Of a stretch of DNA of 12,720 nt, positions 1-8,619 are shown piece by piece (the stretch's first letter is position 1; each line of letters starts with the position of its first letter). This DNA is from Acidimicrobiia bacterium. Its GTDB lineage: Bacteria; Actinomycetota; Acidimicrobiia; Spongiisociales; Spongiisociaceae. The notes beneath the pieces were generated by a model, which was given only the letters and a program-made list of their open reading frames with translations, searched no databases and was not told the origin of the DNA. The stretch is taken from assembly GCA_041576165.1 (NCBI GenBank), contig JBFGLM010000086.1:1-12720 (forward strand), read 5' to 3'. The position numbers and the translations under genes are program-made.

Positions 1-152
1 GCGTGCCGTCCGTGGCTCCCCCCGGAGGGGGGAGGGGTACCGCCGCCGGAGGCGGTGGGAAGGGGGGCGCGTGCCGTCCGTGGCTCCCCCCGGAGGGGGG
101 AGGGGTACCGCCGCCGGAGGCGGTGGGAAGGGGGGCGCGTGCCGTCCGTGGC
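1..152. repeat. 68-bp tandem palindromic repeat, type A (2 full copies + partial third; array may extend beyond the window edge)
   Basis: Identical units at 1-68 and 69-136, partial copy at 137-152. Each unit has hairpins CTCCCCCC-GGA-GGGGGGAG (16-34) and ACCGCC-GCCGGA-GGCGGT (39-56). Confidence 0.95.
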
Positions 153-301
153 CCCCCTACCTGCTTGGCCCTGCGGGCCGGCAGGGACCTTCCCCCCTTC
201 GGGGGGACTCACGGGGCGCGTACTGGTGGGGTGGCCCCCCTAACTGCTCGGCCCTGCGGGCCGGCAGGGACCTTTCCCCCTTCGGGGGGACTCACGGGGC
301 G
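148..301. repeat. ~71-bp palindromic repeat, type B (2 near-identical copies, 83-bp period)
   Basis: 148-218 and 231-301 differ at only a few positions. Hairpins CCCTGC-GGGCCG-GCAGGG and TCCCCCC-TTC-GGGGGGA (191-207). The reverse complement resembles the type A unit. Confidence 0.9.
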
Positions 302-325
302 GCGCCCTCTCGGGCCCACTCCCCC

Positions 326-373
326 TTGCCTCAACCCTGAACGCGTGTTTAGCATACTGAACATGAGTTCAGT
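326..373 (+). promoter_or_regulatory. Putative sigma70-type promoter with two operator-like inverted repeats upstream of/overlapping the tetR start
   Basis: TTGCCT (326-331), 18 bp, TAGCAT (350-355), 7 nt, ATG (363). Inverted repeats CTGAAC-gcgt-GTTTAG (337-352) and ACTGAAC-atga-GTTCAGT (356-373). Confidence 0.7.
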
Positions 374-1025
374 CATCGATACCGAGCTCACCACTAGGGC
401 ACGGATCCGCGACGCGGCGGTAGCCCGTTTTCCTCGCGACGGCTTCGCCGGAACCACCGTACGGGACATCGCCGCCGACGCCGGGGTCTCGCCGGCGCTG
501 GTGATCCATCACTTCGGATCCAAGGAGGACCTGCGCCGGGAATGTGACGAGTACGTGATCCGACTCCTCGGCGAGACGAAGCGCCGAGCAATCCAAGATG
601 GCACCGATCGCCACGGGGGCGCCATCGCGGCGACCTACCGGTTGATGGAACCGATTGCCCGTTACCTGGCGTGGGCCTTGCGAAGCGGCGGTGACGCCTC
701 CGAGCGCATCTTCGACGACCTGCTCGATGACGTGATCGCCCAGATGGAGGAGTACCGCTCCGCCGGCCTGATGGCCGAGGTCGAAGACGTCCGCACCCAA
801 GCTGCCGTCCTTCTCGTGATGCAGCTGGGAGGGCTGGTGTTGCACGAGCACCTCACCCGCACCCTGGGCGTCGACACCCTCAGCGCCGCCGGGATGTTGG
901 CATATGCACCCCACGCGCTGCGGATCTTCTCCGGCGAGCTCATCAACCCCGACATGATTGCCGCAGCAGGCCGTGCCCTCGACGACTTCAATACCCAGAT
1001 CCTCCGGGAGAAAGAGACGCAGTGA
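363..1025 (+). CDS. TetR/AcrR family transcriptional regulator (220 aa)
   Basis: N-terminal HTH signature RARIRDAAVARFPRDGFAGTTVRDIAADAGVSPALVIHHFGSKEDL. Start set at ATG 363 because the upstream in-frame extension is repeat-derived. Stop overlaps the next start (GTGA). Confidence 0.93.
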   Translation: MSSVIDTELTTRARIRDAAVARFPRDGFAGTTVRDIAADAGVSPALVIHHFGSKEDLRRECDEYVIRLLGETKRRAIQDGTDRHGGAIAATYRLMEPIARYLAWALRSGGDASERIFDDLLDDVIAQMEEYRSAGLMAEVEDVRTQAAVLLVMQLGGLVLHEHLTRTLGVDTLSAAGMLAYAPHALRIFSGELINPDMIAAAGRALDDFNTQILREKETQ

Positions 1026-1924
1026 CGAGCAATCCAGCCATCCTGACCGAGAAGCTCACCAAGCACTACGGCGACGTCAAGGCGCTCGTCGATCTCGATC
1101 TCACCGTCCACCGCGGCGAGGTATTCGGCTTCCTCGGACCGAACGGGGCGGGCAAGACGACGATGATCCGGACCATTCTCGACGAGATTCGGCCCACTTC
1201 GGGTAGCGCCTCGATCCTGGGCATGGACTCCCACGCCCAGTCCGTCGAGATCCGCGACCACATTGGGTACGTCCCGGGGGATCTCGCGCTGTACCCGAAT
1301 CTCACCGGTCGGGACACCCTCACCTACTTCGCCAATCTGCGCGGCGGCGTCGACTGGAGCTTCGTCAACGAGCTGGCGGAGCGCCTGGAGGCCGATCTCA
1401 CCAAGAAGGTGGGCGATCTGTCATCGGGCAACCGGCAGAAGGTGGGCCTGATCCAGGCCTTCATGAACAAGCCGGAGGTGCTGATCATGGACGAGCCCAG
1501 CTCCGGCCTCGACCCGCTCATGCAGCGCGAGTTTCAGAAGATGATGCGCGAGGTCGCCGCCGACGGGCGCACGGTGTTTCTCTCCAGCCACACCCTGTCG
1601 GAAGTGGAGCGAGTCGCCGACCGCGTCGGCATCATCCGTCGCGGATTCCTGATCGCCGTCGAAGAGGTGGCCAGCCTGCGTTCCAAGGCCATTCGCACGG
1701 TGAACCTCTATTTCGCGGAGCCCGTCGACGGGAAGGTGTTCGAGCCGGTTCCCGGCGTGCGAGACGTGCGGGTCGAGAACCAGCATGTCTCGCTGTCGTT
1801 CGATGGGCGGATGGAGTCGCTTCTCAAAGTCGTGGCCCAGAGGTACAACCTGCTCGACATAACCACCCAGGAAGCCGACCTCGAGGAGATCTTCCTCACC
1901 TACTACGAGGAGGCCTCCGCCTGA
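1022..1924 (+). CDS. ABC-2/DrrA-type ABC transporter ATP-binding protein
   Basis: Walker A GPNGAGKT, signature LSSGNRQK, Walker B LIMDE, H-loop SSH, C-terminal LEEIFL. Overlaps both neighbours. Confidence 0.97.
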   Translation: MTSNPAILTEKLTKHYGDVKALVDLDLTVHRGEVFGFLGPNGAGKTTMIRTILDEIRPTSGSASILGMDSHAQSVEIRDHIGYVPGDLALYPNLTGRDTLTYFANLRGGVDWSFVNELAERLEADLTKKVGDLSSGNRQKVGLIQAFMNKPEVLIMDEPSSGLDPLMQREFQKMMREVAADGRTVFLSSHTLSEVERVADRVGIIRRGFLIAVEEVASLRSKAIRTVNLYFAEPVDGKVFEPVPGVRDVRVENQHVSLSFDGRMESLLKVVAQRYNLLDITTQEADLEEIFLTYYEEASA

Positions 1925-3582
1925 TGCTGTCCACCGTCCTCACCAAGACCTTTCTAGATCGCTGGAAGGGTGAGGCGATCGGCGCCATGACGCTGATCCT
2001 GCTCTTTCTGATGGGCATGGCCGTCTATCGCGATATCGATCTCGCCGTCTACACCGACCTTCCCGAAGTGTTCCGCTCGCTGATGAACATCCCGGCCGAC
2101 GCCGACGTCGGGGCTCTCGCCTACGGCGCGATCTACACCTCCTATGGGGCGCTGACTCTCACCTCATTGGCATTGTCGATGGGCTCAGCCTCGATCGCCG
2201 GTGAGGAGAAGGACGGCACGATGGGCATCTTGCTCGGCAATCCCAAGAGCCGGACGCACATCCTCGTCTCCAAGGGTGCCAACGTGATTCTGCTCACCGG
2301 GTTGGGGTCGTTGCTGCTGTGGGCCGGTGGGGTGGCCGTGCCGGCGCTGCTCGACGTCGACGTGACCGGTATCCACGTCGGGGCGCTCGTGCTTCACATG
2401 TTTCTGATCGCCGTCTTTCACGGCTTCCTGGCGCTGGTTATCAGCGCCTGGACCGGCAAGACTTCGATAGCCTCCGGCGTCACCATCGCAGTGATGGTGA
2501 TCTCGTTCTTTGCGGTAGGGATCCTGCCGTTGATCTCGGGGCTCGAAGCCGGCGTCAAGGCATTCCCCTGGTACTACTTCAGCGGAAGCCAGCCGCATCT
2601 CAATGGTGTGTCGTGGGGCCATGCGGCGGTGTTGCTTGCGGGGATCGTTGGGTTTGCCGGTGCGGCCGTCGTCGGCGTCAACCGCCGCGATCTGCGCGAT
2701 CGAGAACTCGGTGCCGGGCTCGTCGATCGGTTGCGGAGCCACCCGCTCACCCAGAAGGTGGTCGAGCGGCTCGCCGGCTCCACTCGGGTATCGCGGATCT
2801 GGGTCAAGACCGCTTCGGAACACCAGGGAGTGCTCATCGTGGTCTCTTACGTGATGTTCTTGCTCATGGGGGTGGCCATCGGCCCGATGTACAACTTCAT
2901 CGACGACGCCCTGATCTCGCTGGCCGACGCGTTTCCTCCGGAAGTGCTCTCGCTGTTCGGCGGCGGTGACATCTCCACTCCTGAGGGGTGGTACCAGATC
3001 GAGACCTTCGGTCTCATGGCACCGATCGCCTTCATGGTCGTCACCGTGATGATCGGGTCGCGAGCACTCGCCGGGGAGGAAGCCAAACGCACGATGGGCC
3101 TGTTGCTGGCCAACCCGATCAAGCGATCGACAGTCGTGCTCGAAAAGACCCTGGCCATGGTGGTCTACGCGCTCGTGGTCGGAGTGGCGCTCTTTGCCGG
3201 TGTGGCTTTGGGCTCGATATTCGGCGGCCTCGGGATGAGCATCACGAACATCGCGGCGACCACCGCGTTGGCAACGCTGCTGGGGCTGGTCTTCGGCGCT
3301 CTCTCGTTCGCCATCAGTGCCGCCACCGGCCGAGTCCGGATCGCCGTCTATGGAACCATCGCGGTGGCCCTCGTGCTGTTCGTCGCCAATGGGTTTCTCC
3401 CTTTCAGCGACAGCCTGGCGGGCCTGGCGAAGTGGACCCCGGTCCACTACTACCTCAGCAGTGATCCGCTGAACAACGGCATGAATTGGACGCACGCCGG
3501 GGTGCTGTTGATCCTGTTCGGGTTGCTGACGTTCGCCGCAGTGGCGCTCTTCGATCGGCGAGATCTGCGGCAAGCGGCCTAG
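1924..3582 (+). CDS. ABC-2 type transporter permease with two tandem permease domains (552 aa)
   Basis: Many hydrophobic helices. Duplicated motifs IAGEEKDGTMGILLGNPKSR / LAGEEAKRTMGLLLANPIKR and NRRDLR / DRRDLR. TGATG overlap with the ATPase. Confidence 0.93.
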   Translation: MLSTVLTKTFLDRWKGEAIGAMTLILLFLMGMAVYRDIDLAVYTDLPEVFRSLMNIPADADVGALAYGAIYTSYGALTLTSLALSMGSASIAGEEKDGTMGILLGNPKSRTHILVSKGANVILLTGLGSLLLWAGGVAVPALLDVDVTGIHVGALVLHMFLIAVFHGFLALVISAWTGKTSIASGVTIAVMVISFFAVGILPLISGLEAGVKAFPWYYFSGSQPHLNGVSWGHAAVLLAGIVGFAGAAVVGVNRRDLRDRELGAGLVDRLRSHPLTQKVVERLAGSTRVSRIWVKTASEHQGVLIVVSYVMFLLMGVAIGPMYNFIDDALISLADAFPPEVLSLFGGGDISTPEGWYQIETFGLMAPIAFMVVTVMIGSRALAGEEAKRTMGLLLANPIKRSTVVLEKTLAMVVYALVVGVALFAGVALGSIFGGLGMSITNIAATTALATLLGLVFGALSFAISAATGRVRIAVYGTIAVALVLFVANGFLPFSDSLAGLAKWTPVHYYLSSDPLNNGMNWTHAGVLLILFGLLTFAAVALFDRRDLRQAA

Positions 3583-3602
3583 CTGCGGGGTCGGTCCGTA
3601 TC

Positions 3603-5069
3603 TCAGCGTCCGAGGAAAGCCTCCAGGACGGCTCGGGCGATCGGGGCAGCCACCGCGCCGCCCGTCCCGTCCTCGCCCCCAGCACCGCCGTCCTCTACGA
3701 CCACTGCGACCACGATCCGGGGAGCCTCCTCGTCGGCAGTGACCGGCCCGAAGCCGACGAACCACAGGTCGGGCGCCTCGTCGGGGACTTCGGCCGTGCC
3801 CGTCTTACCGGCGATCCCCACTCCCTCGATCTGGGCCCGGAAACCCGTGCCGGCATCCACTGCCTTCTCCATGAGGTCCGTCAGTGCCGCCGCCGTCGCC
3901 GGGGATATCGCTCGTCTCCAGACCGCCGGCTCCATTTCGGCCTCGATCACGCCTTCGCTGTTGAATACCTCCTGCACCAGGTAGGGCTCCATGATCTCGC
4001 CGTCGTTGGCCACGGCGGCGGCCACCAAAGCCATCTGGAGCAGGGTCGCCCGCACGTCGCGCTGTCCAATCGCGCTCTGGGCCACCCCGGGGAGGTCGTT
4101 GGCGAAAGAGGCGGCCGGCGGGATCACGGCGGTCAGCGTCTCCATGTCGAATGGTATCGGCTGGTTGAATCCGAAGGCTTCGGCCGTAGCGACCAGGTTG
4201 GCGGCCCCCACCTGCATTCCGAGTGCCGCGAACGTGGTGTTGCACGAGCTCACGAACGCCTGGGTCAACGTCACCGACTCACCGTTGCTGCAGACCCGAC
4301 CGTCGTAGTTCCTGATCGTCGCCGTCGAGCCCGGCAGCTCGAGGGCGATTGGGTCGGGAAAGGTCGTGCCTCCGCCGGCCATGCCTGCTTCCAGGGCGGC
4401 GGCTGCCGTGACGATCTTGAATGTACTACCGGGTGGATAAGTCGCATCGATGGCGCGGTTGCGCAGTGGCTCGGTGGGGTCGGAGGCGAGGTCATTGCCG
4501 GCCGGCCCGGCGTTGCGTCCCTGCAGGGAGGCAGGGGAGAAGCTGGGGCTAGAGACCATGGCGAGGATGGCGCCCGTGTCAGGGTCGAGCGCCACAACCG
4601 CACCGCGTTGGCCTCCGAGAGCGTCGATAGCGGCTCGCTGCAGAGAATCGACCAACGTCAGCCGGAGCCCGCGCGGTCGGATGTCGCCGCCGAGAATGGC
4701 GTTGAGCACGCCCGAGATCGTGGCGTCCCGATCCGAGACCAACGCGGCGGACTGACTGTCTTCCAAGCCGGCGGCTCCGAAGATCAGCGTGGCGTACCCG
4801 ACGGCATGGGCGTAGTTGGGCCCTTCTGGATACTCGCGTGTGAACTGCTGGGGGTCGGCGGGATCTGCTTGGGAGCGGGCCAGGATCACGCCATCGGCCG
4901 TGATGATGGTGCCCCGTTCCTTTCCCGCCCTGCCGGTCACCACCCGCAGGTTGCGGGAGTCGTCACGAAAGTCGGGCCCCTTGATGACCTGGAGATAGGT
5001 GACGGCGCCGACCATCAAGGCGAAACCGGCGAACATCACAGCCGCCAGGTGACGGATCGGGCCGTTCAT
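3603..5069 (-). CDS. pbpA: Class B penicillin-binding protein (transpeptidase), PbpA type
   Basis: N-terminal membrane anchor, RGTIITADG, SxxK (STFK), SxN (SCN), KTG (KTGT). Lies directly after rodA with ATGA overlap. Confidence 0.93.
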   Translation of the reverse strand: MNGPIRHLAAVMFAGFALMVGAVTYLQVIKGPDFRDDSRNLRVVTGRAGKERGTIITADGVILARSQADPADPQQFTREYPEGPNYAHAVGYATLIFGAAGLEDSQSAALVSDRDATISGVLNAILGGDIRPRGLRLTLVDSLQRAAIDALGGQRGAVVALDPDTGAILAMVSSPSFSPASLQGRNAGPAGNDLASDPTEPLRNRAIDATYPPGSTFKIVTAAAALEAGMAGGGTTFPDPIALELPGSTATIRNYDGRVCSNGESVTLTQAFVSSCNTTFAALGMQVGAANLVATAEAFGFNQPIPFDMETLTAVIPPAASFANDLPGVAQSAIGQRDVRATLLQMALVAAAVANDGEIMEPYLVQEVFNSEGVIEAEMEPAVWRRAISPATAAALTDLMEKAVDAGTGFRAQIEGVGIAGKTGTAEVPDEAPDLWFVGFGPVTADEEAPRIVVAVVVEDGGAGGEDGTGGAVAAPIARAVLEAFLGR

Positions 5070-6358
5070 GTCCGGGCTCCATGAGAGATGCGCGCCAGGA
5101 GCGCCAGCAGGATCATGTTGGCTAGCAGCGACGTGCCCCCGTAGGACATGAACGGCAGGGTGATGCCGGTGATCGGCAGGAGGCGTAGCACCCCCGCCAT
5201 GATGAGCAGCGTCTGGACCGCGAAGACCAGCGTGAGGCTGGCGGCGAGAAACTTGTGGAAGAGGTCCCGGGTCCGCAGCGCTATCCCAAAGCCGATAGCG
5301 ACCACCAGCGCGTAGCCCGTGATGACAGCAATGGCGCCGGCAACTCCCATCTCCTCGGCGACGGCGGCAAAGATGAAGTCAGTGGCTGCCGCAGGAATGA
5401 GATCCGGGCGACCCAACCCGATGCCGCTGCCGGTGAGGCTGCCCGATCCGAGAGCGAACAGCCCCTGGGCCACCTGATATCCGGCATCCGAGAAATCGGC
5501 AAAGGGATCGAGCCACGCGCTCACCCGACGTTGCACGTGGCCGAAGAGCTGATACGCCACCAGGCCACCAGCGGCAACCAGCGCGCCGCCGGCGACGACG
5601 TAAGCGAGCTTGCCGGTGGCGAGGTAGATCGCCCCGACGAACAATGCGAAGACCAGCAGCGATGCCCCCAGATCGCGCTGATACACCAACACTGCGAAAG
5701 CGGCGAGCGCTGCCAGCACGATCGGGCCGAACTGACGAAACGGCGGGACGGACAGCCGCCCGATCATGCGGCGCGTGGTCGCCATCGCCAGGTGATGGTC
5801 GGCGAGATAGGAAGCTAGGAATATGGCCAGCGCCAGCTTGGCGAGCTCGCCCGGCTGGAAGCTGACCGATCGCTCGACGGGGAGATCGAACCCGACCCAC
5901 AGTCGGGAGCCGTTGGCCTCGATCCCGTGGATCCAGAACGAGTCGGGTAGCAGCGGAAGCAGCAACAGCCCGGCGCCGGCCATCAGGAACAGATAGCGGT
6001 AGCGGCGCAGCACCACCACCCCTTCGCCGCGCAGCAAGGCCAGCACTCCGGCGACAGCCACCCCCGAGATCAGTAGGGACCAGCGCTGCAGGCTGCCCAG
6101 CTCAGGGTCGAGCCGGTAGACCTCGGTGAGCCCGATGGCGGTGAGAAACGCCGCTAGCGGAAACAGCAGGGGGTTGGCCGCGGGAGCCCATCGGCGCAGC
6201 GCGAGGTGAACGGTGCCGAAGGATGCGACGAAGACCATGAAGGTCACCGCCACTTGAGCGTCGAGCCCGACGCCGCGGGTGAATCCGATGAGCGCGGTGC
6301 CGAAAGCGGCGACAACGCTTGCCGTCAGCAACAGCGCCGCTTCGGCCGACCGGCTCAT
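5066..6358 (-). CDS. rodA: SEDS family (FtsW/RodA/SpoVE) peptidoglycan glycosyltransferase
   Basis: Polytopic membrane protein with SFQPGELAK, QRDLG, TDFIFA and PITGITLPFMSYGGTSLL motifs. Position between pstP and pbpA. Confidence 0.94.
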   Translation of the reverse strand: MSRSAEAALLLTASVVAAFGTALIGFTRGVGLDAQVAVTFMVFVASFGTVHLALRRWAPAANPLLFPLAAFLTAIGLTEVYRLDPELGSLQRWSLLISGVAVAGVLALLRGEGVVVLRRYRYLFLMAGAGLLLLPLLPDSFWIHGIEANGSRLWVGFDLPVERSVSFQPGELAKLALAIFLASYLADHHLAMATTRRMIGRLSVPPFRQFGPIVLAALAAFAVLVYQRDLGASLLVFALFVGAIYLATGKLAYVVAGGALVAAGGLVAYQLFGHVQRRVSAWLDPFADFSDAGYQVAQGLFALGSGSLTGSGIGLGRPDLIPAAATDFIFAAVAEEMGVAGAIAVITGYALVVAIGFGIALRTRDLFHKFLAASLTLVFAVQTLLIMAGVLRLLPITGITLPFMSYGGTSLLANMILLALLARISHGART

Positions 6359-7065
6359 TCGGTGACGTCGACGACGGCTACGGTCGTGTTGTCGAGGCCC
6401 CCTGCCGCGTTGGCGGCTTCTACGAGCGACCAGACGGCGTCGGCGGCTGCCGCGGTGTGCTCGAGGATGCGAGCGATGCGCTCATCGGAGACCATCCCGG
6501 TCAACCCGTCGGAACACAGCAAGACTCGATCGCCCGGCATCAAATGGATCTCCAGCGTGTCGACCAGCACGTCCCCCATCCCCACGGTGCGTGTGAGCAT
6601 GTGGCGGCGGGGGTGGGTTTCCGCTTCCTCGGGCGCCAGCCGCCCCTGGGCGATCAACTCGTGTACGAGTGTGTGATCGATGGTCAGCTGGGTCAGGCGC
6701 TCATTGCGCCACAGATAGGCTCGGCTGTCACCAACGTGGCCGATCTCGAGGCGGCCGTCGGCAGAGAAGATGGCCAACGTCAGCGTGGTGCCCATGCCGG
6801 CAAGGGCAACGTCGTCGGCCGCGGTTGCCACGACCGCGGCATTGGCGGCCTGTACCCGATCGAGCGCGCTGCCCTCGGCGAGCGCGGTGGCTTGCTCGAT
6901 GGCGAGGGCGCTGGCCACCTCACCGGCGGCGTGCCCGCCCATGCCGTCGGCAACGGCCACGATGACGGGGCCGCTGGTCGTCTCGTCTCCGACCGGGTGC
7001 ACGGCGTCCTCGTTGCCGTCGCGTACTCGCCCTACGTGGGTGGCGGTCGCAATCGTGTAGTTCAT
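6355..7065 (-). CDS. pstP: PP2C/PPM family Ser/Thr protein phosphatase (PstP/Stp1 type, catalytic domain only)
   Basis: RDGNED, VADGMGGHAAGEVAS, GMGTT, HVGDSRAY, LLCSDGL, GGLDNTT motifs and synteny. Confidence 0.93.
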   Translation of the reverse strand: MNYTIATATHVGRVRDGNEDAVHPVGDETTSGPVIVAVADGMGGHAAGEVASALAIEQATALAEGSALDRVQAANAAVVATAADDVALAGMGTTLTLAIFSADGRLEIGHVGDSRAYLWRNERLTQLTIDHTLVHELIAQGRLAPEEAETHPRRHMLTRTVGMGDVLVDTLEIHLMPGDRVLLCSDGLTGMVSDERIARILEHTAAAADAVWSLVEAANAAGGLDNTTVAVVDVTE

Positions 7066-7475
7066 CGCACCTCGAGGATGGTCTTGCCGATCTGGATGGA
7101 GTCACCCTTGATCAGCGGCGTCGGCACCGTTACTCGGCGGCCGTTCACGTAAGTGCCGTTGGTACTGCCGAGGTCGCTGGCCAGGACGGTGCCGTCCTGG
7201 ATGCCCACCCGGACGTGGAAATCGGAAGCGTACGGATCATCGATGACGATGTCGGCGTCGGCGCTGCGGCCTATGACCGCCGGTGCGCCAATGGGGAACC
7301 GCTGCCCCGGATTCGAATCAGAGCGAACCACCACCATCTCGGCGGCGCGCCTCGTGGAGCGACCGGCCTGGGGAGCCCCGACGTGGGACCCGATCGAGCG
7401 GGCCACCTGCCACAGGAAGAGATAGATCAACGCAAGGAAGATCAGCTTGAGCAGATTCAGGAAGAGCGCCGGCAT
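7062..7475 (-). CDS. fhaB: FHA domain protein with N-terminal membrane helix (FhaB/FipA type)
   Basis: N-terminal hydrophobic helix LLKLIFLALIYLFLWQV. FHA motifs IGRS...SDFH...DLGSTNGTYVNG. Synteny. Confidence 0.9.
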   Translation of the reverse strand: MPALFLNLLKLIFLALIYLFLWQVARSIGSHVGAPQAGRSTRRAAEMVVVRSDSNPGQRFPIGAPAVIGRSADADIVIDDPYASDFHVRVGIQDGTVLASDLGSTNGTYVNGRRVTVPTPLIKGDSIQIGKTILEVR

Positions 7476-7501
7476 GGGCTACTGACCCCCGGTTGTTCGA
7501 C

Positions 7502-8158
7502 TCATGGTTCCACCAAACGAAACATGAAGCTCACTGGGCCGATGGTCAACTGAGCGCCGGGCCGCAGCGGTGTCGAGTTCGTAACGCCGATCCCGTCGAC
7601 GGTGGTTCCATTGGATGAGTCGAGATCCGTTATCCAGGTCCGGTGCTGGGCGCGGTAGATGATGGCGTGACGCCGCGAGACCTCGGCGTCGGGGAGACGG
7701 ACATCGCAGTCCGCGGCGCGACCGATCAACACCCGATTGGCGCGAAGCTCGGCATGGCGCCCGGTGCCTATCAGCTGTCCCCACGGGTCCAACTCGCCGG
7801 GCGCTATGCGGCTCAGCATCTTCATGTGGTTGGGCTTCACGGAGGGCTCGGGGACCACCTCGATGTGAGGCGGCCCTTCGAGCCGCCAGCCGCGCTCGAC
7901 AGCGGTGGCCGCCAGAGTGTGGGTCAGCTCCGTGGCCAACGAGCCGGCTCCGACCGCGGCGAGATCCTGTGGGTTGAGGGCGATCTGATAGTCGTTGGGG
8001 ACCACCGGGCCGGCCGGGCCCTCGATCATGTTGAGGTCTGCGTCCCGCACGATCCGGGTGCCCAAGTCGACGGGATGCACCCGCCCCCGGAAGATCGCCC
8101 CCGACACCCCGTCGACGAGGCGTTCGAGACGCTTTTCCAACTCACGTGCCAGCCGCAT
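7502..8158 (-). CDS. fhaA: FhaA-type protein (DUF3662-like N-terminal domain + C-terminal FHA), 218 aa
   Basis: N-terminus LEKRLERLVDG...VHPVDLG...VVPNDY and FHA motifs IGRA...VSRRHA...DLDSSNGT. ATG at 8158 preferred over TTG 8197. Divergent from tRNA-Leu as in the known actinobacterial locus. Confidence 0.88.
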   Translation of the reverse strand: MRLARELEKRLERLVDGVSGAIFRGRVHPVDLGTRIVRDADLNMIEGPAGPVVPNDYQIALNPQDLAAVGAGSLATELTHTLAATAVERGWRLEGPPHIEVVPEPSVKPNHMKMLSRIAPGELDPWGQLIGTGRHAELRANRVLIGRAADCDVRLPDAEVSRRHAIIYRAQHRTWITDLDSSNGTTVDGIGVTNSTPLRPGAQLTIGPVSFMFRLVEP

Positions 8159-8171
8159 GGCTGGGATTGTA
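8159..8171 (-). promoter_or_regulatory. Putative -10 element of a leaderless fhaA transcript
   Basis: Minus strand reads TACAAT-cccagcc-ATG (TACAAT = 8171-8166). No Shine-Dalgarno. No convincing -35 at 17 bp. Confidence 0.55.
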
Positions 8172-8234
8172 AGGAGCCAGCGGAATAGCAGGAGCAATGG
8201 CCGCGGCGGGCGCGAATGATCGGTCGGCTGGGGC

Positions 8235-8243
8235 TGGTACCAT
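8235..8243 (+). promoter_or_regulatory. Putative extended -10 promoter of tRNA-Leu
   Basis: TGgTACCAT (TGnTAnnnT) 12 nt upstream of the tRNA 5' end. Confidence 0.5.
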
Positions 8244-8255
8244 CTTCACCCGCCC

Positions 8256-8339
<84 letters not shown>

Positions 8340-8340
8340 C

Positions 8341-8362
8341 GCGGACCCGCCGGGGGGTCCGT
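8341..8362 (+). terminator. GC-rich hairpin right after the tRNA (possible terminator/processing stem)
   Basis: CGGACCC (8342-8348) pairs with GGGTCCG (8355-8361). Only a weak T-tract follows. Confidence 0.4.
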
Positions 8363-8619
8363 TGGCGGTTTGCTTCGCAGACTGCTCTATTGATCGCCGG
8401 GTTGGTTCAGGAGCTGTTCTGTCACCGAAAGGCTGGAGCGATCCGTCCCTGTTGGTCGCACAGCGAAACGTCGTTAATGCACGACGAAGTCGGCGGCGAG
8501 ATCGCCAACGGTCGCCGCTTCCATGAACTTCGTGAAGACGACCCATGTCGTCCGGGTCGATGTATTAGAAGCCCCGGCGCCGACTGTTCACAGCCCTCCG
8601 GCGGTCCAGCAACGCGCGA

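Noticed and set aside
1-301. CRISPR array
   Set aside because: Units are ~70 bp, tandem with little or no unique spacer, and no cas genes are present.
3-362. 120-aa N-terminal extension of the TetR ORF and other short ORFs over the repeats
   Set aside because: Low-complexity translation of the GC-rich repeats. Promoter, operator and HTH position all point to ATG 363.
356-373. LexA/SOS box (GAAC-N4-GTTC core)
   Set aside because: Flanks are T/A rather than the CGAAC...GTTCG of the actinobacterial SOS box, and a second related site plus the adjacent TetR favour autoregulation. Not fully excluded.
2185-5084. Long antisense ORFs 2185..3765 (-) and 3486..5084 (+), and similar shadows elsewhere
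   Set aside because: They lie opposite well-supported genes, are Arg/Gly/His-rich with no motifs, and are expected from high-GC codon bias.
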